Of a stretch of 64,000 nt of DNA, positions 14,550-28,584 are shown piece by piece. Position 1 is the first letter of the stretch; every line of letters begins with the position of its first letter. Both the position numbers and the translations under genes were made by a program. The notes below the pieces were generated by a model, which was not told where the DNA came from, made no database searches, and saw only the letters and a list, made by a program, of their open reading frames with translations. Source of the stretch: the human T2T-CHM13v2.0 reference genome, Homo sapiens; NCBI RefSeq assembly GCF_009914755.1, contig NC_060927.1; one strand, 5' to 3'.

Positions 14550-15459
14550 TGTTTGCAGTTATGCAATAGTCTAATACTCATTAGCTAGGAAGTAGTGTTG
14601 ATACACAGTTTACCACAGACACTATTTCAAGTATTCAGGAAGCATAGAAAGTACATACATACATGCATACTTTCAAAAAAATCAATATACAAACTTGCTG
14701 GGAAAAAAATCATGTTAACTTTGTGCTATGGAAATTTTTTTTCAGAAAGAATAGGAAATACACGCACATACATACACATTTAAGACAGTATTTCATTGTC
14801 AGTTTTAAGATAATAATAGGAAACATAATTTTATGAGTCATAGTCTGCTTGACTTTAATCCTTTCAGACATTGCAACCATTTGATTAAGTGCTATATGAG
14901 CTTTCTCCCCCAACACTCTCAAAGTGTCATCTGTCATAGCCTTGCTGTCACAGCTATAAAATATGACTGTCTAATGATATTAGAGCTAAGAAATATGATG
15001 TTGGGTTTGGCTTTTCAGATCACAATGATTCCTTACTGTAAGCCATGTAGCATGTTCCCAGTGTACATAACGGAAAAGGAGATTATAAATTGAACACATA
15101 AACATAGCAGATTTTGGGGGGAAAGACTGTAAAAAGTAACATTATTTTACGGTTAGACATATTCAATCCAAAATCGCATGAAAATAAAAACTTATTGTCT
15201 CCAAATTTCATTTTTTTCTAAGAACATTCCTATAAATTTATTATTTTGAGGATATGAAAAATTATATACATAAGCTAAATCACCTGATCAGAATATTTGC
15301 TTGAGTTGTCTATATTAATACTGTATCTAGATTTGTTATTATCTGGTCCCTAAAAATATCCTAATATGTTGCTGACACTGTAAGTGTCAACTAAATGTGG
15401 AGCATGATCTCATGGGATTTGTGATAAGAGAAAATATTTTCTATTTCCTGTTAAAATAT

Positions 15460-15650
15460 ATAATTCAGCTGTGTCACTGTGTCATATTGGGCAAGTTACT
15501 TAACTTCTCTTTCTTATTGTCCTTATGTATAAAACTATGCTTTCAATATTTTACTAGCAGAGACTAGTGTGAATTAAATTTAAAAAATACATGTGAAAAA
15601 ATTAGAAGTCTTGACTCATAGAAAGTGCTCAATAACATATAGTTATATTT
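15460..15650 (+). mobile_element. MIR SINE
   Basis: TTGGGCAAGTTACTTAACTTCTCT..GAAAGTGCTCAATAA. Confidence 0.75.
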
Positions 15651-16567
15651 ATCATTGGGAATATTGCTGAAAACATGTGGTAAATCTATTCCTGTTCATA
15701 AACAATGCCATAATTTAGATCTGTAATTTGGGAACTTTGGTCCCATACTTCTAAAATAATTAAACAACTTGTAGAGAATAAAAAGAATATAACAAAATTA
15801 ATTGAGGAGATTAGGGTACATCCAAGAATCATTGCTTTGGTTCACGGAGCTTTATGAATTATGAGATATGTCAAAGTAGACAATAAAGAAATGTGAAAAG
15901 TAGAAGTAGCCTAAAAGGAAATAAAGATGACCATTAGGGGAAAATATAATATTTTGAATGGATGAGGTTTAGCCAGACTATTATATGTGAAAAGTATGGT
16001 GTATTGTTTAGCAAACAACAACTGAGAAGAGTGTACAAAACTCAGATGCATAGAATCTGTCCTCCAAAAATACATGTGCAAGTAAAGGAACTGGAAAATA
16101 CATAAATACCATAAGACAAACTTGCCAGACTGGAAAAATGCACAAAGGGCATGAAATACTTGTGGAATGGTAATGTGAGGATTGCTTTGGACCGTCTTCT
16201 AAAACAAAACAACCATAACTTTCCACAAAGCAACTATAGCTCATGAAAATTACAAAAACAAAAAATTAAAAATAAAACCTCTTTAAGTCTCTGGAAATTG
16301 TCCTAAGGGCATACAGCAAATGGAGAAACATTTACTCAATAGAGTCTATGCAATTGGAATCTGTGCCATTTCACCTATAACCTACTCACCCTCCTCCCCC
16401 AGCTCAGTGTGACAAAAGTTCTACTGAAGGCAGGTGTAGCCAAGAAGATAGAACTCACTCTTCTCCCAGCTCCCTGTCTAACATTTTGACTTCTTCCTAA
16501 GAAGTAAAAGCTATGAGCATTACTACTCATCCATTCTTCCCAGCTCCATTGAAAAAGCTTTATTCCA

Positions 16568-17578
16568 AGGGGCGGTTCCAAGATGGCCGAATAGGAACAG
16601 CTCCAGTCTACAGCTCCCAGTGTAAGCGACACAGAAGACGGGTGATTTCTGCATTTCCAACTGAGGTACCGGGTTCGTCTCACTGGGGCTTGTTGGACAG
16701 TGGGTGCAGGACAGTGGGTGCAGCGCAACGAGCGTGAGCCGAAGCAGGGCGAGGCATTGCCTCACTTGGGAAGCACAAGGGGTCAGGGAATTCCCTTTCA
16801 TAGCCAAGCAAAGCTGTGACAGAGGGCACCTGGAAAATCGATTCACTCCCACCCTAATATTGTGCTTTTCCAATGGTCTTAGCAAATGGCACACCAGGAG
16901 ATTATATCCCGCCTGGCACAGAGGGTCCCACGCCCACAGAACCTGGCTCATTGCTAGCACAGCAGTCTGAGATCGAACTGCAAGGCAGCAGTGAGGCTGG
17001 GGGATGGGCGCCTGCCATTGCTGAGGCTTGAGTAGGTAAACAAAGCGGCCTGGAAGTTGGAACTGGGGGGAGCCCACCACAGCTCAAGGAGGCCTGCCTG
17101 CCTCTGTAGACTCCACCTCTGGGGGCAGGGCATAGCCAAACAAAAGGCAGCAGAAACCTCTGCAGACTTAAATGTCCCTGTCTGACAGCTTTGAAGGGAA
17201 TAGTGGTTCTCCCAGCATGGAGTTTGAGATCTGAGAACGGACAGACTGCCTCCTCAAGTGGGTCCCTCACCCCCAAGTAGCCTATCTGGGAGGCACCCCC
17301 CAGTAGGGGCAGACTGACACACCTCACATGGCCGGGTACCCCTCTGAGACGAAACCTCCAGAACATTTGCTGTTCAGCAATATTCTCTGTTCTGCAGCCT
17401 CCAATGCTGATACCCAGGCAAACAGGGTCTGGAGTGGACCTCCAGCAAACTCCAACAGACCTGTAGCTGAGGGTCCTGACTGTTAAAAGGAAAACTAACA
17501 AACAGAAAGGACATCCACACCAAAACCCCATCTGTACATCACCATCATCAAAGACCAAAGGTAGATAAAACCACAAAG
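16568..17578 (+). promoter_or_regulatory. L1 5'UTR internal promoter with intact YY1 site
   Basis: AAGATGGCC at 16580-16588; GC-rich L1 5'UTR with partial CpG decay; activity unknown. Confidence 0.7.
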
Positions 17579-18589
17579 ATGGGGAAAAAACAGAACAGAA
17601 AAACTGAAAATTCTAAAAATCAGAGTGCCTCTCCTCCTCCAAAGGAACGCAGCTCCTCACCAGCAATGGAACAAAGCTGGACGGAGAATGACTTTGACGA
17701 GTTGGGAGAAGAAGGCTTCAGATGATCAAACTTCTCTGAGCTAAAGGAGGAAGTTAGAACCCGTCGCAAAGAAGTTAAAAACCTTAAAAAAAAATTGGAC
17801 GAATGGCTAACTAGAACAACCAATGCAGAGAAGTCCTTAAAGGATCTGATGGAGCTGAAAACCACGGCATGAGAACTACGTGACAAATGCACAAGCTTCA
17901 GTAGCCGATTCGATCAACTGGAAGAAAGGGTATCAGTGATGGAAGATCAAATGAATGAAATGAAGCGAGAAGAGAAGTTTAGAGAAAAAAGAATAAAAAG
18001 AAATGAACAAAGCCTCCAAGAAATATGGGACTATGTGTAAAGACCAAATCTATGTCTGATTGGTGTACCTGAAAGTGATGGGGAGAATGGAACCAAGTTG
18101 GAAAACATTCTGCAGTATATTATCCAGGAGAACTTCCCCAATCTAGCAAGGCAGGCCAACATTCAGATTCAGGAAATACAGAGAATGCCACAAAGATACT
18201 CCTCAAGAAGAGCAACTCCAAGACACATAGTTGTCAGATTCACCAAAGTTGAAATGAAGGAAAAAATGTTAAGGGCAGCCAGAGAGAAAGGTCGGGTTAC
18301 CCACAAAGGGAAGCCCATCAGACTAACAGCTGATCTCTCGGCAGAAATTCTACAAGCCAAAAGAGAGTGGGGGCCAATATTCGACATTCTTAAAGAATTT
18401 TCAACCCAGAATTTCGTATCCAGCCTAACTAAGCTTCATAAGTGAAGGAGAAATGAAATCCTTTACAGACAAGCAAATGCTAGAGATTTTGTCCCCAACA
18501 GGCCTGCCCCACAAGAGCTACTGAAGGAAGCACTAAACATGGAAAGGAACAACCAGTACCAGCCACTGCAAAAACATGCCAAATTGTAA
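17579..18589 (+). pseudogene. L1 ORF1, disrupted
   Basis: ATG GGG AAA AAA CAG start; ENFPNLARQANIQIQEIQR..PRHIVVRFTKVEMKEKMLRAAREKG; premature stops near 17724, 17870 and 18038; frameshift near 18395. Confidence 0.93.
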
Positions 18590-20605
18590 AGACCATCGAT
18601 GCTAGAGAGAAACTGCATCAACTAACGTGCAAAATAACCAGCTAACCCATTACTGGGTATATACCCAAAGGATTATAAATCATGCTGCTATAAAGACACA
18701 TGGACACGTATGTTTACTGTGGCACTATTCACAATAGCAAAGACTTGGAACCAACCCAAATGTCCAACAATGATAGACTGGATTAAGAAAATGTGGCACA
18801 TATACACCATGGAATACTATGCAGCCATAAAAAAGGATGACTTCATGTCCTTTGTAGGAACATGGATGAAGCTGGAAACCATCATTCTCAGCAAACTATC
18901 GCAAGGACAAAAAACCAAACACGGCATGTTCTCACTCATAGGTGGGAACTGAACAATGAGAACACTTGGACACAGGAAGGGGAACATCACACACCGGGGC
19001 CTGTTGTGGGGTGGGGGGAAAGGGGAGGGATAGCATTAGGAGATATACCTAATGTAAATGACGAGTTAATGGGTGCAGCACACCAACAAGGGACATGTAT
19101 ACATATGTAACAAACCTGCACGTTGTGTACATGTACCCTAGAACTTAAAGTATAATAAAAATATATATATATTAAAAAAAAAGAAAAAGCTTTATTCCAT
19201 GCAAACATGACAGAAAGCACTGGGGTTTCCTTTTTCCACCCAGCCCTTACCTGCAAAATGGAAACTCTCAAGCTAGGTGCAGCAGACCAAGAAAACTAAG
19301 CCCCAGCTGCCTCCCACCTCAGTTTACTCATATGGTGGAGGTTCCATGCCAGTAGGAAAATTAGAAGACAAAACTACCATAGACCACCATCATTCCAATG
19401 TCCAAACGTAGGACAGAATTTTCATTCTAAGAGAACTGGGCCACTATTCTTGCCTCCTGGTCAGAAGCAGTGGAAGAGTTTCTGTCCAGGGGGGAGATGC
19501 ATGCTGTAAGAATAGAAATTGCTATCACTCTCTCAAAAGACATTGACTTTTGAGGGTTCAAAGCAAGCCTCAAAGTCCGGCCTGATGAAAACGTTTCCGT
19601 TTAATCCTGCAAAAGGGGCCACACTCTATTTGGATGTGACTATGGAAAATTTTATGCCCCAGAGCATTGTTAAAAACAATACAACAACCAGCTAGTAATT
19701 AGTGAAAGGTAACTAGATTTGATGCCATTCGCAACAGATCATCCAAAGTTTAATAGGAAGATCAGTGAAAGAGACAAGGAGCTAAAACCCCAGATAAAAT
19801 CACAGTCATCTGTGTGAAGGTTAGGTGAATACTCTGCACATACCCAAGCCTGTCCCCTCTGAAGAGCAATGTGAGAAACTGCACAGTGTGCAGTAAATAG
19901 ACTTCACTGAATTGGTCCAGTCGAGTCACTAAACAAGTATACAACCAAACAATAAGATGGGAAGTGGAGAGGTGTCAGGATCCAGAGTTATTATAACTAG
20001 TATCTAAAATGTACAGTTTACAACAAAAAATTATCAATAATGCAAAGAAACAAAAAAAATGGGACCCATACACAAGAAAAAATGCACACAGTAGAAATTG
20101 TCTTTGAGGATGCAGTTGGTAACACTTAGCAGATAAAAACTTCAAACCAGCTATAACTATTTTGAAAGAAATAAAGACAACCATGTTGAATGAATTAAAG
20201 GAAGATATGATAACAATGTCGCATCAAATAGTGAATATCAATAAAGAGATAGAAAGTATTTTTTAATGAACTAAATAAAAATTCTGTAGATGAAAAGCAC
20301 TGTTACCAAAATGAAGAACTTACCAGAGAGGCTCAATAGTAGTTTTGAGATGTCAGAAGAAAAAAAAGTCAGTAAACTTGAAGATAGATGGATAAAAATG
20401 ATGTAACGTGAAGAACAGAGAAAGAAAGAAAAATAACCAGAGCCTCAGAGAAACATAGGACACCGTTAAATGAACCAATATATGAGTAATGATACTATGT
20501 GGAGGGGAAGTGAGAAGTGGAGAAGAAAAAAATATTATAAGACATAATGTCTGAAAACTTACCAAATCTGATAAAATACATTATTTCACATGTCCAAGAT
20601 TCTCA

Positions 20606-20953
<348 letters not shown>

Positions 20954-23900
20954 TCACTGAAAAATATCATGTTTAAAAAGGTTAAAAGTGTAAAATGAGG
21001 AGAAAATCTTACAAGCAGCAAATAAAACTCAACTTGTCACATGCAAAATGCAAGGAGACTGGAATAAGAACAGCAGCTGCTTTCTCATCAGAAACAATGA
21101 AGTTCAGATGACAGTGGTATGATGCAATGATTCAAAGTGACTAAAAAAGGCCTGTCAGCCAAGAATCTTATAAATAGCAAATTTTTCAAAAACTGAGGTA
21201 AAAACAAATTATTTCCAGATTTTAAGTGAAGTAATTTCTTGCTAGTAGATACACCATACAAGAAATATGAAATAAGTATTTTAGGCAGAAAGCAAGTAAC
21301 ATCCAGCAGTAATTTGAATCCCCACACACTCAACAAAAAGAGCACTGGTAAAAACAGGTAGGTAATCATAAAGGCAGTATAATTGCATATTACTTCTCCT
21401 TTTTTTTCCCAGTTGGTTCTATGAGGCCAGTATTTCCCTAAGGCCGTTGTCAGACAAACACATCACAAAATAGAGAAAACTTCAGACCAATATCTCTTAT
21501 AAATGTAGAAGAAAAAATTCTCAATTAAATATAGCAAACAAATCCAGTAACATCTACAAAGTGTTATATTCCATGGCCAAGTGGAATTTATCCCAGGAAT
21601 GCAAGGTAGGTTTAACATACAAGATCAATATAATTAATCGTATTAATAGAATAAAAGATAAAAACCACATAATTATCTCAATAGGAACAAAAATTCTTTG
21701 AAAAAATTCAACACTCTCTCTTAATAAAATCACTCAAAAACTAGAAATCAAGGGGAAATTGTTCAACCTGATGAAGAGAATCTATAAAATGATACATGAT
21801 AACACTATAGTTAATGGTGAAAGACTAAAACCTTTCCCTCTAATCCTGAGAACAAGGCATATAATTCTACTCTAACATTCTATTCAATATTGTATTTAAT
21901 TTTTGTCAGGGCAATAAGGCAATACATATATACACACATAAGTACATATATATGTAAATAAGATTGGAAGGAAGGAATTTAAAAATGTCTTCTTTTGAAA
22001 TTGATATAATCTTGTATGCAGAAATCAGAAGGAATCTACTAAACAATGATATAAGAGCTCATATAAGAGCTAATAAACTACTTCAGCAAGCTTGTAGGAT
22101 TCATTATCAATATCCAAAGATCAACTGTATTTCTATACAGCAGTAATGAATAATCATCAAATAAAAAAATAAGGAATTAATTTAACAAAAGAAGTGCAGT
22201 ACTTGTACTGTGAAAACCACACGATTTTGAAATGTACTAAATGAGGCTTAATACATAGAAAGACATCTATATTTATAAAAGCCTTGATGTGGTTAGTATA
22301 TCATATAACTTTATATGATACAATACTATTAAAATGGAATGTCTAGAATGCCAATACTCCTAAATTGATCTAAATTTAATGCGAGCCCTATCAAAATTCC
22401 AACTGCTTTCTTTTTAAAGGAAATTGGTAAATTCATCCTGAAATACATATGAAAATTCGAGAGACCCAGAATAGTCAAAACAATCTTGAAATAGAACAAA
22501 GTTGAAGTATTTTCTGATTTCTAAACTTAATACAAAACGTCTATGATACAGATAGATTGGTCTGCCATAATGATAGGCATATAGAAAAATGAAATTGGAT
22601 TGAGTTCCAAAGATAACCTTCTACCTTTATTGTTAATTGATTTTTGAAAGTCATGCCAAGAAAATTCAAAGGGGAAAAAATAGTCTTTTCAAGTAATGAT
22701 GCAGAGACAAGTAGATGTTCACATGCAAAATAATTCTATATTCTTATTCATTATTCTTTATTCCAATATTTATATTATTCTATATTCGTATTGGTTATTA
22801 TTCTATAACCTATAGCTAATTCAAATCCTAATTGTAAGCTAAACCTACAGAAGTCTTAGAGTAAAACATGGAGTTACTATGGGTTAAGAAATGCCTTCTT
22901 AGATATGACAATAAAAACAGAAGCAGCAAAAGAAAAAATAGTTTGGATTTCCTCAAAATTAAAAGACTTTCATGTCAAATCCACAGAATTGGGGAAATAT
23001 TTGCAAACAATATGTCTTATAAGGGCTAAGTTTTTAGAAAATATAAAGGACTCTGACAACTCAAAAAGATAAATAACCCAATTTTTAAAAAATGCACAAA
23101 GCATCTGAATAGATATTTCTCAAAAGAAGATAGGTGAAGCCAAGAAATACATGAAAAGATGCTCAACATCATTAGCCATTAGGGAAATGCAAATAAAAAC
23201 TACAATGAGATACCGCTCCTGAAACCCACTGGAATGACTACAATAAACAAGTAATTACAAGTGTTAGTGAGGAAATGGAGCAATTGGGACTCTCATACAT
23301 TACTAGTGGGAATGCAAAGTGGTAAAACTGTATTGGAAAATAAAGTGACCATTCTTGAAAATATTAAGCATAGAGTTATCATATTACTCAACAATTCCAC
23401 TTCTAGGTATATACACAAGAAAAATGGAAAAACACCTTCAGACAATATGTGTGCAGGAATGGTCATAACATTATTCATTAAACTTTAAACCAAAAGGTTA
23501 AAATGCAAATGCCCATTAACTGCTGAATGAATAAATAAAATGTAATGTATCCATAACAGAATATCACATGGCAATAAAAAGAAATTGAATACTGATATAT
23601 GCTGCAATGTTGATGAATCTTAAAAATGTTTTGCTAGCTGGAATACATCAGTCAAAAATAATCTTATATGATATAATGCTATTTAAATGGAATGTCTAGA
23701 ATAGGAAAATAAACCTCTAGAGACAAAGAATAGATAAATGGTTTTAGAGGTGCCTGTGGCTAGGGGTAGAGAAGGGAGTACGGATTGTGAGTGACTGTTA
23801 ATGTGTACTAGGTTTCCTTTTAAAGTAATGAAAATATTCTACAATTAAGTTGTGATGATGATTAACCAACTCTGTAAGTACACTAAAACACATTGAACTG

Positions 23901-25489
23901 TACAATTTAAATGCATTATTTGTATAATATGTGAATTATATCTCAATTAAGCTCTTAAGAACTATACAAAGAAAACAGCTAAACTTAGCAGGGTTTAAAT
24001 TGGGAAACATTCAAGCAGTATATGGATATCACTGAAATAAAGAAAGAAATCATCTCATTGATGTGTGGGTAGAGCTCATCTCCAGGAGCCTGGGAGCAGA
24101 AAAAAAATGTAAAATAAGAAATTCAGAGAGCAGACAGCTGAAAATTTTAGTAATGGGGGTTAGTAGGTAGTGGACGTTTTTACAGAATTTCTCCTAAGAA
24201 CAATTTTCCTTTCAGAAACTGGAAAATAATCTGCGTGAAGATTTTTTTGAAGCAGTCACATCTAGGAAGAGAAAAATAAATACTGTTGTTGGATTAAATA
24301 AATATCTGTTATGTCCATACACATGAAATGAACCAGATTCCCATTGACCACCTCCTCTCTCTAGTTTATTTTAATCTGTTTCCAGTCAGACTGAGGATGA
24401 ATTTCACAGATAAAAGATGACACATTATTGGAGTTTAGAAATGGTGGTATTAGTTTTGCAGGCTCTCACCCTGAGAGATTTATATTAATTCCAGAATTGG
24501 CCGGAAAACTTTAGTTTAGCATGGGAAGAAGAGTGAGATGTGAGTCACAACCACAAAATGCTTTATTTCATGTGAAACTGGTGTAAGTGAGAACTTTAAA
24601 TGGTATTGACAGGAGTGTGAATTTTCTTTTTTGAGAGTTCCACCTGCCTAAAAGTGGAAGCTTCCCCTGCTGCTGCCCATGCTGTCCTCGTTTGAGGGAT
24701 AAACAAAAGCCTCCTCTCCAAAAGTCTGTCAATCCAGCACTTTTCTGAGGCACTGAATTCATTTAAAGTAAAAAAAAAAAAAAAAGTGCTAAACGAATAC
24801 ATTGTCAAACTGAAAATGATTTTAATTTTTTAAAGGGGAACTTGGCATACCAATTATTCTGAATAATTATCTCAGCAATGTGTAGTTTTGTGTTACCTAT
24901 TACTATGACAGCAAGAAATACAATAATATACCTACTATTCTAAACAATAGTTACTGCTGGTCTCCAAAGTATAACTAGCAAGAAATGACTCCCAAATTTG
25001 TGCACAAATACTATAGAAGGTAAGTAAAAATGCTGCTTCAGTAAATATTATCAAAAAAAGTTAATACCATATCAGATTGTCTGCTTTTATTTTATAAAAT
25101 TAATCAAAAATTATATAAAAACAGGAATCTAATATCTTAAGCCAAATAATTATTTTATAATTTCTTGACAACTGCACACTAATTTAATTCACAGGAACAA
25201 TTTATTGAAGTATCAACTTGCTACCTTTGATTTTTAATATTTCTTTATCTTTCCATTTTGATCCAAGAAAGTTATTTTTAAAATTCTTTATTATTATTAT
25301 TTTTAAAGCAAAAAAAATTCTGTACACTTTTTCAACTTAGAGGCTAGTATAGGTCATTTGTTTAGGCTTATACAATAAAAATGCATATAATGTCTCCAAT
25401 TTTAATTCATCTCCTTTTTTTTCTTTACAGTAATGAAGTTGGGAACATTTTTTCAAGTGCTCTTTTCAAGTACTGCTCTTTAATTTCAA

Positions 25490-25845
25490 TTCATTGGCTG
25501 CTACACATGATCTGATAAAAGATGGGATCTGGTTAATACTCCTGATCCATTGTGTTCACATTGGCTTCCTCTGTGGTACCGTGATCCAGAGCAGTGCACA
25601 ATGGGAGGCATTTTGGTGCTTAATGTGCATAATTATTAAGGTGCGACAAAGGAACGGAGGAATTGCCGAGGCAATCTGTTCTTCAATCTGGGCTGTCTGA
25701 GGGCCCTTTCAGAGCAGCAGAGTGCTAATTTCCTGAACATCTCATGATAAGCAAAACAAGGCTTCTCTGACAAGAAGGTTGCCATAAAAACATGCGGTTG
25801 GTGCATGATTTATTCCCCAATGTAATAAAAACGTCAGTGAAACAG
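25490..25845. promoter_or_regulatory. Candidate conserved non-coding element / enhancer
   Basis: Non-repetitive, GC-elevated island with SOX, homeobox, GATA, PBX-HOX and posterior-HOX-like motifs; motif evidence only. Confidence 0.35.
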
Positions 25846-25932
25846 GATGCTTAGTTCTCAGGTAAAGAAACTCTTAAGCTTTTATAAACAATTTATGTCC
25901 TCCTACCAAGAGGAAAAGAAAAAGGCAACTAG

Positions 25933-26216
25933 TATTTATTTATTTATTTATTTATTTATTTATTTTTTATTTATTTTTGATGGAGTTTCACTCTGTCACC
26001 AGGCTGAAATGCAGTGGCACAATCTTCTCCTTCCTCAGCCTCCTGAGTAGCTGGGACTACAGGTGCAAGCCTCCACGCCCAGCTCATTTTTGTATTTTTA
26101 GTAGAGGCGGGGTTTCACCCTGTTGGCCACGATGGTCTCCATCTCCTGACCTGGTGATCCGCCCACCACGGCCTCCCAAAGTGCTGGGATTCCAGGCGTG
26201 AGCCACTGCGCCTCGA
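25933..26216 (-). mobile_element. AluSc-like with internal deletion and (TTTA)n tail
   Basis: GTCACCAGGCTG; AATCT joins TCTCC near 26025 with about 40 nt missing. Confidence 0.92.
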
Positions 26217-28058
26217 CTAGCTTATATTTTGAAAGTTAATGAGTCTCCTAATTTGCACTAATTTTTACTTCATGTAAGCAGTGACAAATAAACAGAATTT
26301 ATGATGATTCTGGTGATATGGAAGTCCGCTCCTCTCCACATAGTGTAGCTTGCAAAACTTGCTTGACTATTGAAGAAATAGAGCTTACCATTGATAAATA
26401 TTATTTCCTTGTGCATTGTTACAGATAGCTGTGAAAACCAGTGAACAGTAAAATTCCAAATACATATACCATGTAATAAAGTTATCACTTAAAAAATAAA
26501 AATGGATCTATTGTAATATGATGAGCTTGAAAATCAACCCTGTGTACTTCCTCTTCACCAGTCTTTAACATATTCTATTTAAAGCAAATGCCATATCAGA
26601 AAATGAAATGAACCAAAATTTACATTTCTTAACTTCCGTAAATCTTAGAAAAAGTGTTACTGTAATGAATGATTAAAAATACCCATGTTCCCTCTTAGCT
26701 GGCAGTATCAGGTTATGTTATATAATTTTGGTCTCCAAAGTAACCCATCAACTCAGAAGTAAAAAGCTGTGTTTCTTGGCCCCCTGTGAGGTTGCAGATC
26801 TAGTTACCTGGGAGATTATTGCCTTTCTTATGCTGCACCTCAGGACTTTCAAAAATCATCCAGAGAGCTAACAGCAGTGGTCTTCAGTCTGAGCCTTTTG
26901 AAAGGAAAAAAAAAAAAAAATCAAGAGCAGAGGCAGTTTGGAATATCCTCCCTTAGGCTTCTTTTAGGTGTGACTCTATTGGTATGCTCAGCAGCTTATG
27001 CTATTCTGCTCTATATGAGTGATTTGTGGATGTCTTTTATGATGGTTTAAAAATCATCTCAGACTTCTTTTTCTTTGTCACATGGGTAGCAATTTAAGTA
27101 GATTAAATAAGAGTTAACCCATCTCAAACTGGGTATCTATTTCATGTAGAGAGTAACAGCAGTCCATTCCAATTAAGGTGTTGCCTAAGGTGGAAGTTAG
27201 GAGCCTTAAACAGAGATGTGTAACAAAATGGAATATTTGAGTCACACTCTGAAGACTAGTGATTCTGAAATTTAGTTTGTTGGAAATATAAATTGTTGGT
27301 TCTCTGTGTCAGTGTGTCTGACTGAGGTCCAGGTTGAATCAATCTGAATGTTTAACCAGTGTCTTTGGTGTTTTTGCAAATCACACTCTGATAAACCCAC
27401 AATATGTTAAGTATTACCAAAATACATAAATGTTTCAGTCAGTTGCTGACCATTACAATTAATCTCAAGCTGCAGTTTGATATGAACGTAGACTTGATTC
27501 AATCCCTCCTCTCATGAAGGGTTTCTGAAAGTTTGCACAATTAGCTGTGTCTCTATTAAATGTGGTAAATATGTGTAGTCTGCTGGGCTTTTTAACCTTT
27601 TATTCTCATTATCCCATATGTGGTTGTATTACCTGTTATTTTGAAGTATTTTTAAAAGTCAATTTGTTATATTTGTAAGGAAGTTTTATCCAGATTTCCA
27701 ATCTTCATATGTGTTGTAACTAAAAGAGTAAAAATTTTTTTTCCCTCAGACTCACTCTACTACCATCTTACCAAGAACTCAAGGTGGGGGCAGGGGTTGC
27801 TTATGTAGGGAAACTATAACCTAGAAATGCAATCTAGTCTAAATTTCAGAAAATGGCTGTTGGAAGGGTTGAACACATTTTACACAGTTCTCAGTGGGTA
27901 GATCATTCTGCACTTCAGATGAAGTGCAAAGGTGAACATTCTGAAAACCAAGATATGCACAAAGAGACAGTTAACTTCACACAGTAAACAAAGAGAAACT
28001 AGGGGTGAAAGAGAATAGGGAGAACAGAAGTATGGGAGAGGTAAGAGAGATGTGAGAG

Positions 28059-28584
28059 TGTATTAGTTTCCGTGGCTGTTGTGACAAATTCCCACAAGGC
28101 TTTTGGCATAAAGCAATGGGAATAAATTATTTCAGGATTATTGAGGCTAGAAGTCTAAAATCAAGGTGGTTGACAGAGCTGCATTCCTTTTGAGGGTCTA
28201 GAAGAATCTATTTCTTGCCTCCTCCAGTTTCTGGTGGCTTCCAACATGCTTTGCTTGTGGTGACATCACACCAATCTTCAAGGCCAGCACTTTCAAACCT
28301 CTCTCTGCTCTGTCTGCACATCCTCTTCTTTCCTGTGTGACTGCCTGTAAGATCTCCCCTAGACTCCCTGTTATAAAAATGCAGATGATTGGATTTAAGG
28401 CCCATCCAGACAGGATAATCTTCCTGCTTCAAGAGCCTTAATTTAATCATTTTTTTTTTTTTGGTATTTTGGGTTTTTTTTTTTTTGCCATCATGAGGTA
28501 ACATTTACAGGTTCTGGGAATTGGGAATTAAGATGTAGATATCTTCTTGGGGGGCAGGGGGGTTGTGATTTTTAAGCCTTCACA
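28059..28584 (-). mobile_element. MLT1 (MLT1C/D-like) MaLR LTR
   Basis: TGTATTAGTTTCC..GGCTAGAAGTCTAAAATCAAGGTG..AGTTTCTGGTGGC..GGTAACATTTACAGGTTCTGGGAATT..CACA. Confidence 0.88.

Larger units (their letters stand above)
16568..19182 (+). mobile_element. L1PA4/5-like element with 5'UTR, ORF1 and 3' end but ORF2 almost entirely deleted
   Basis: 5' start GGGGCGGTTCCAAGATGGCCG; 17-bp TSD GAAAAAGCTTTATTCCA at 16551-16567 and 19183-19199; junction near 18646/18647; 3'UTR AATGTAAATGACGAGTTAATGG. Confidence 0.97.

Noticed and set aside
16375-17576. Long antisense ORFs (185 aa and 224 aa)
   Set aside because: They lie in the GC-rich L1 5'UTR, where antisense open frames are routine; not evidence of a host gene
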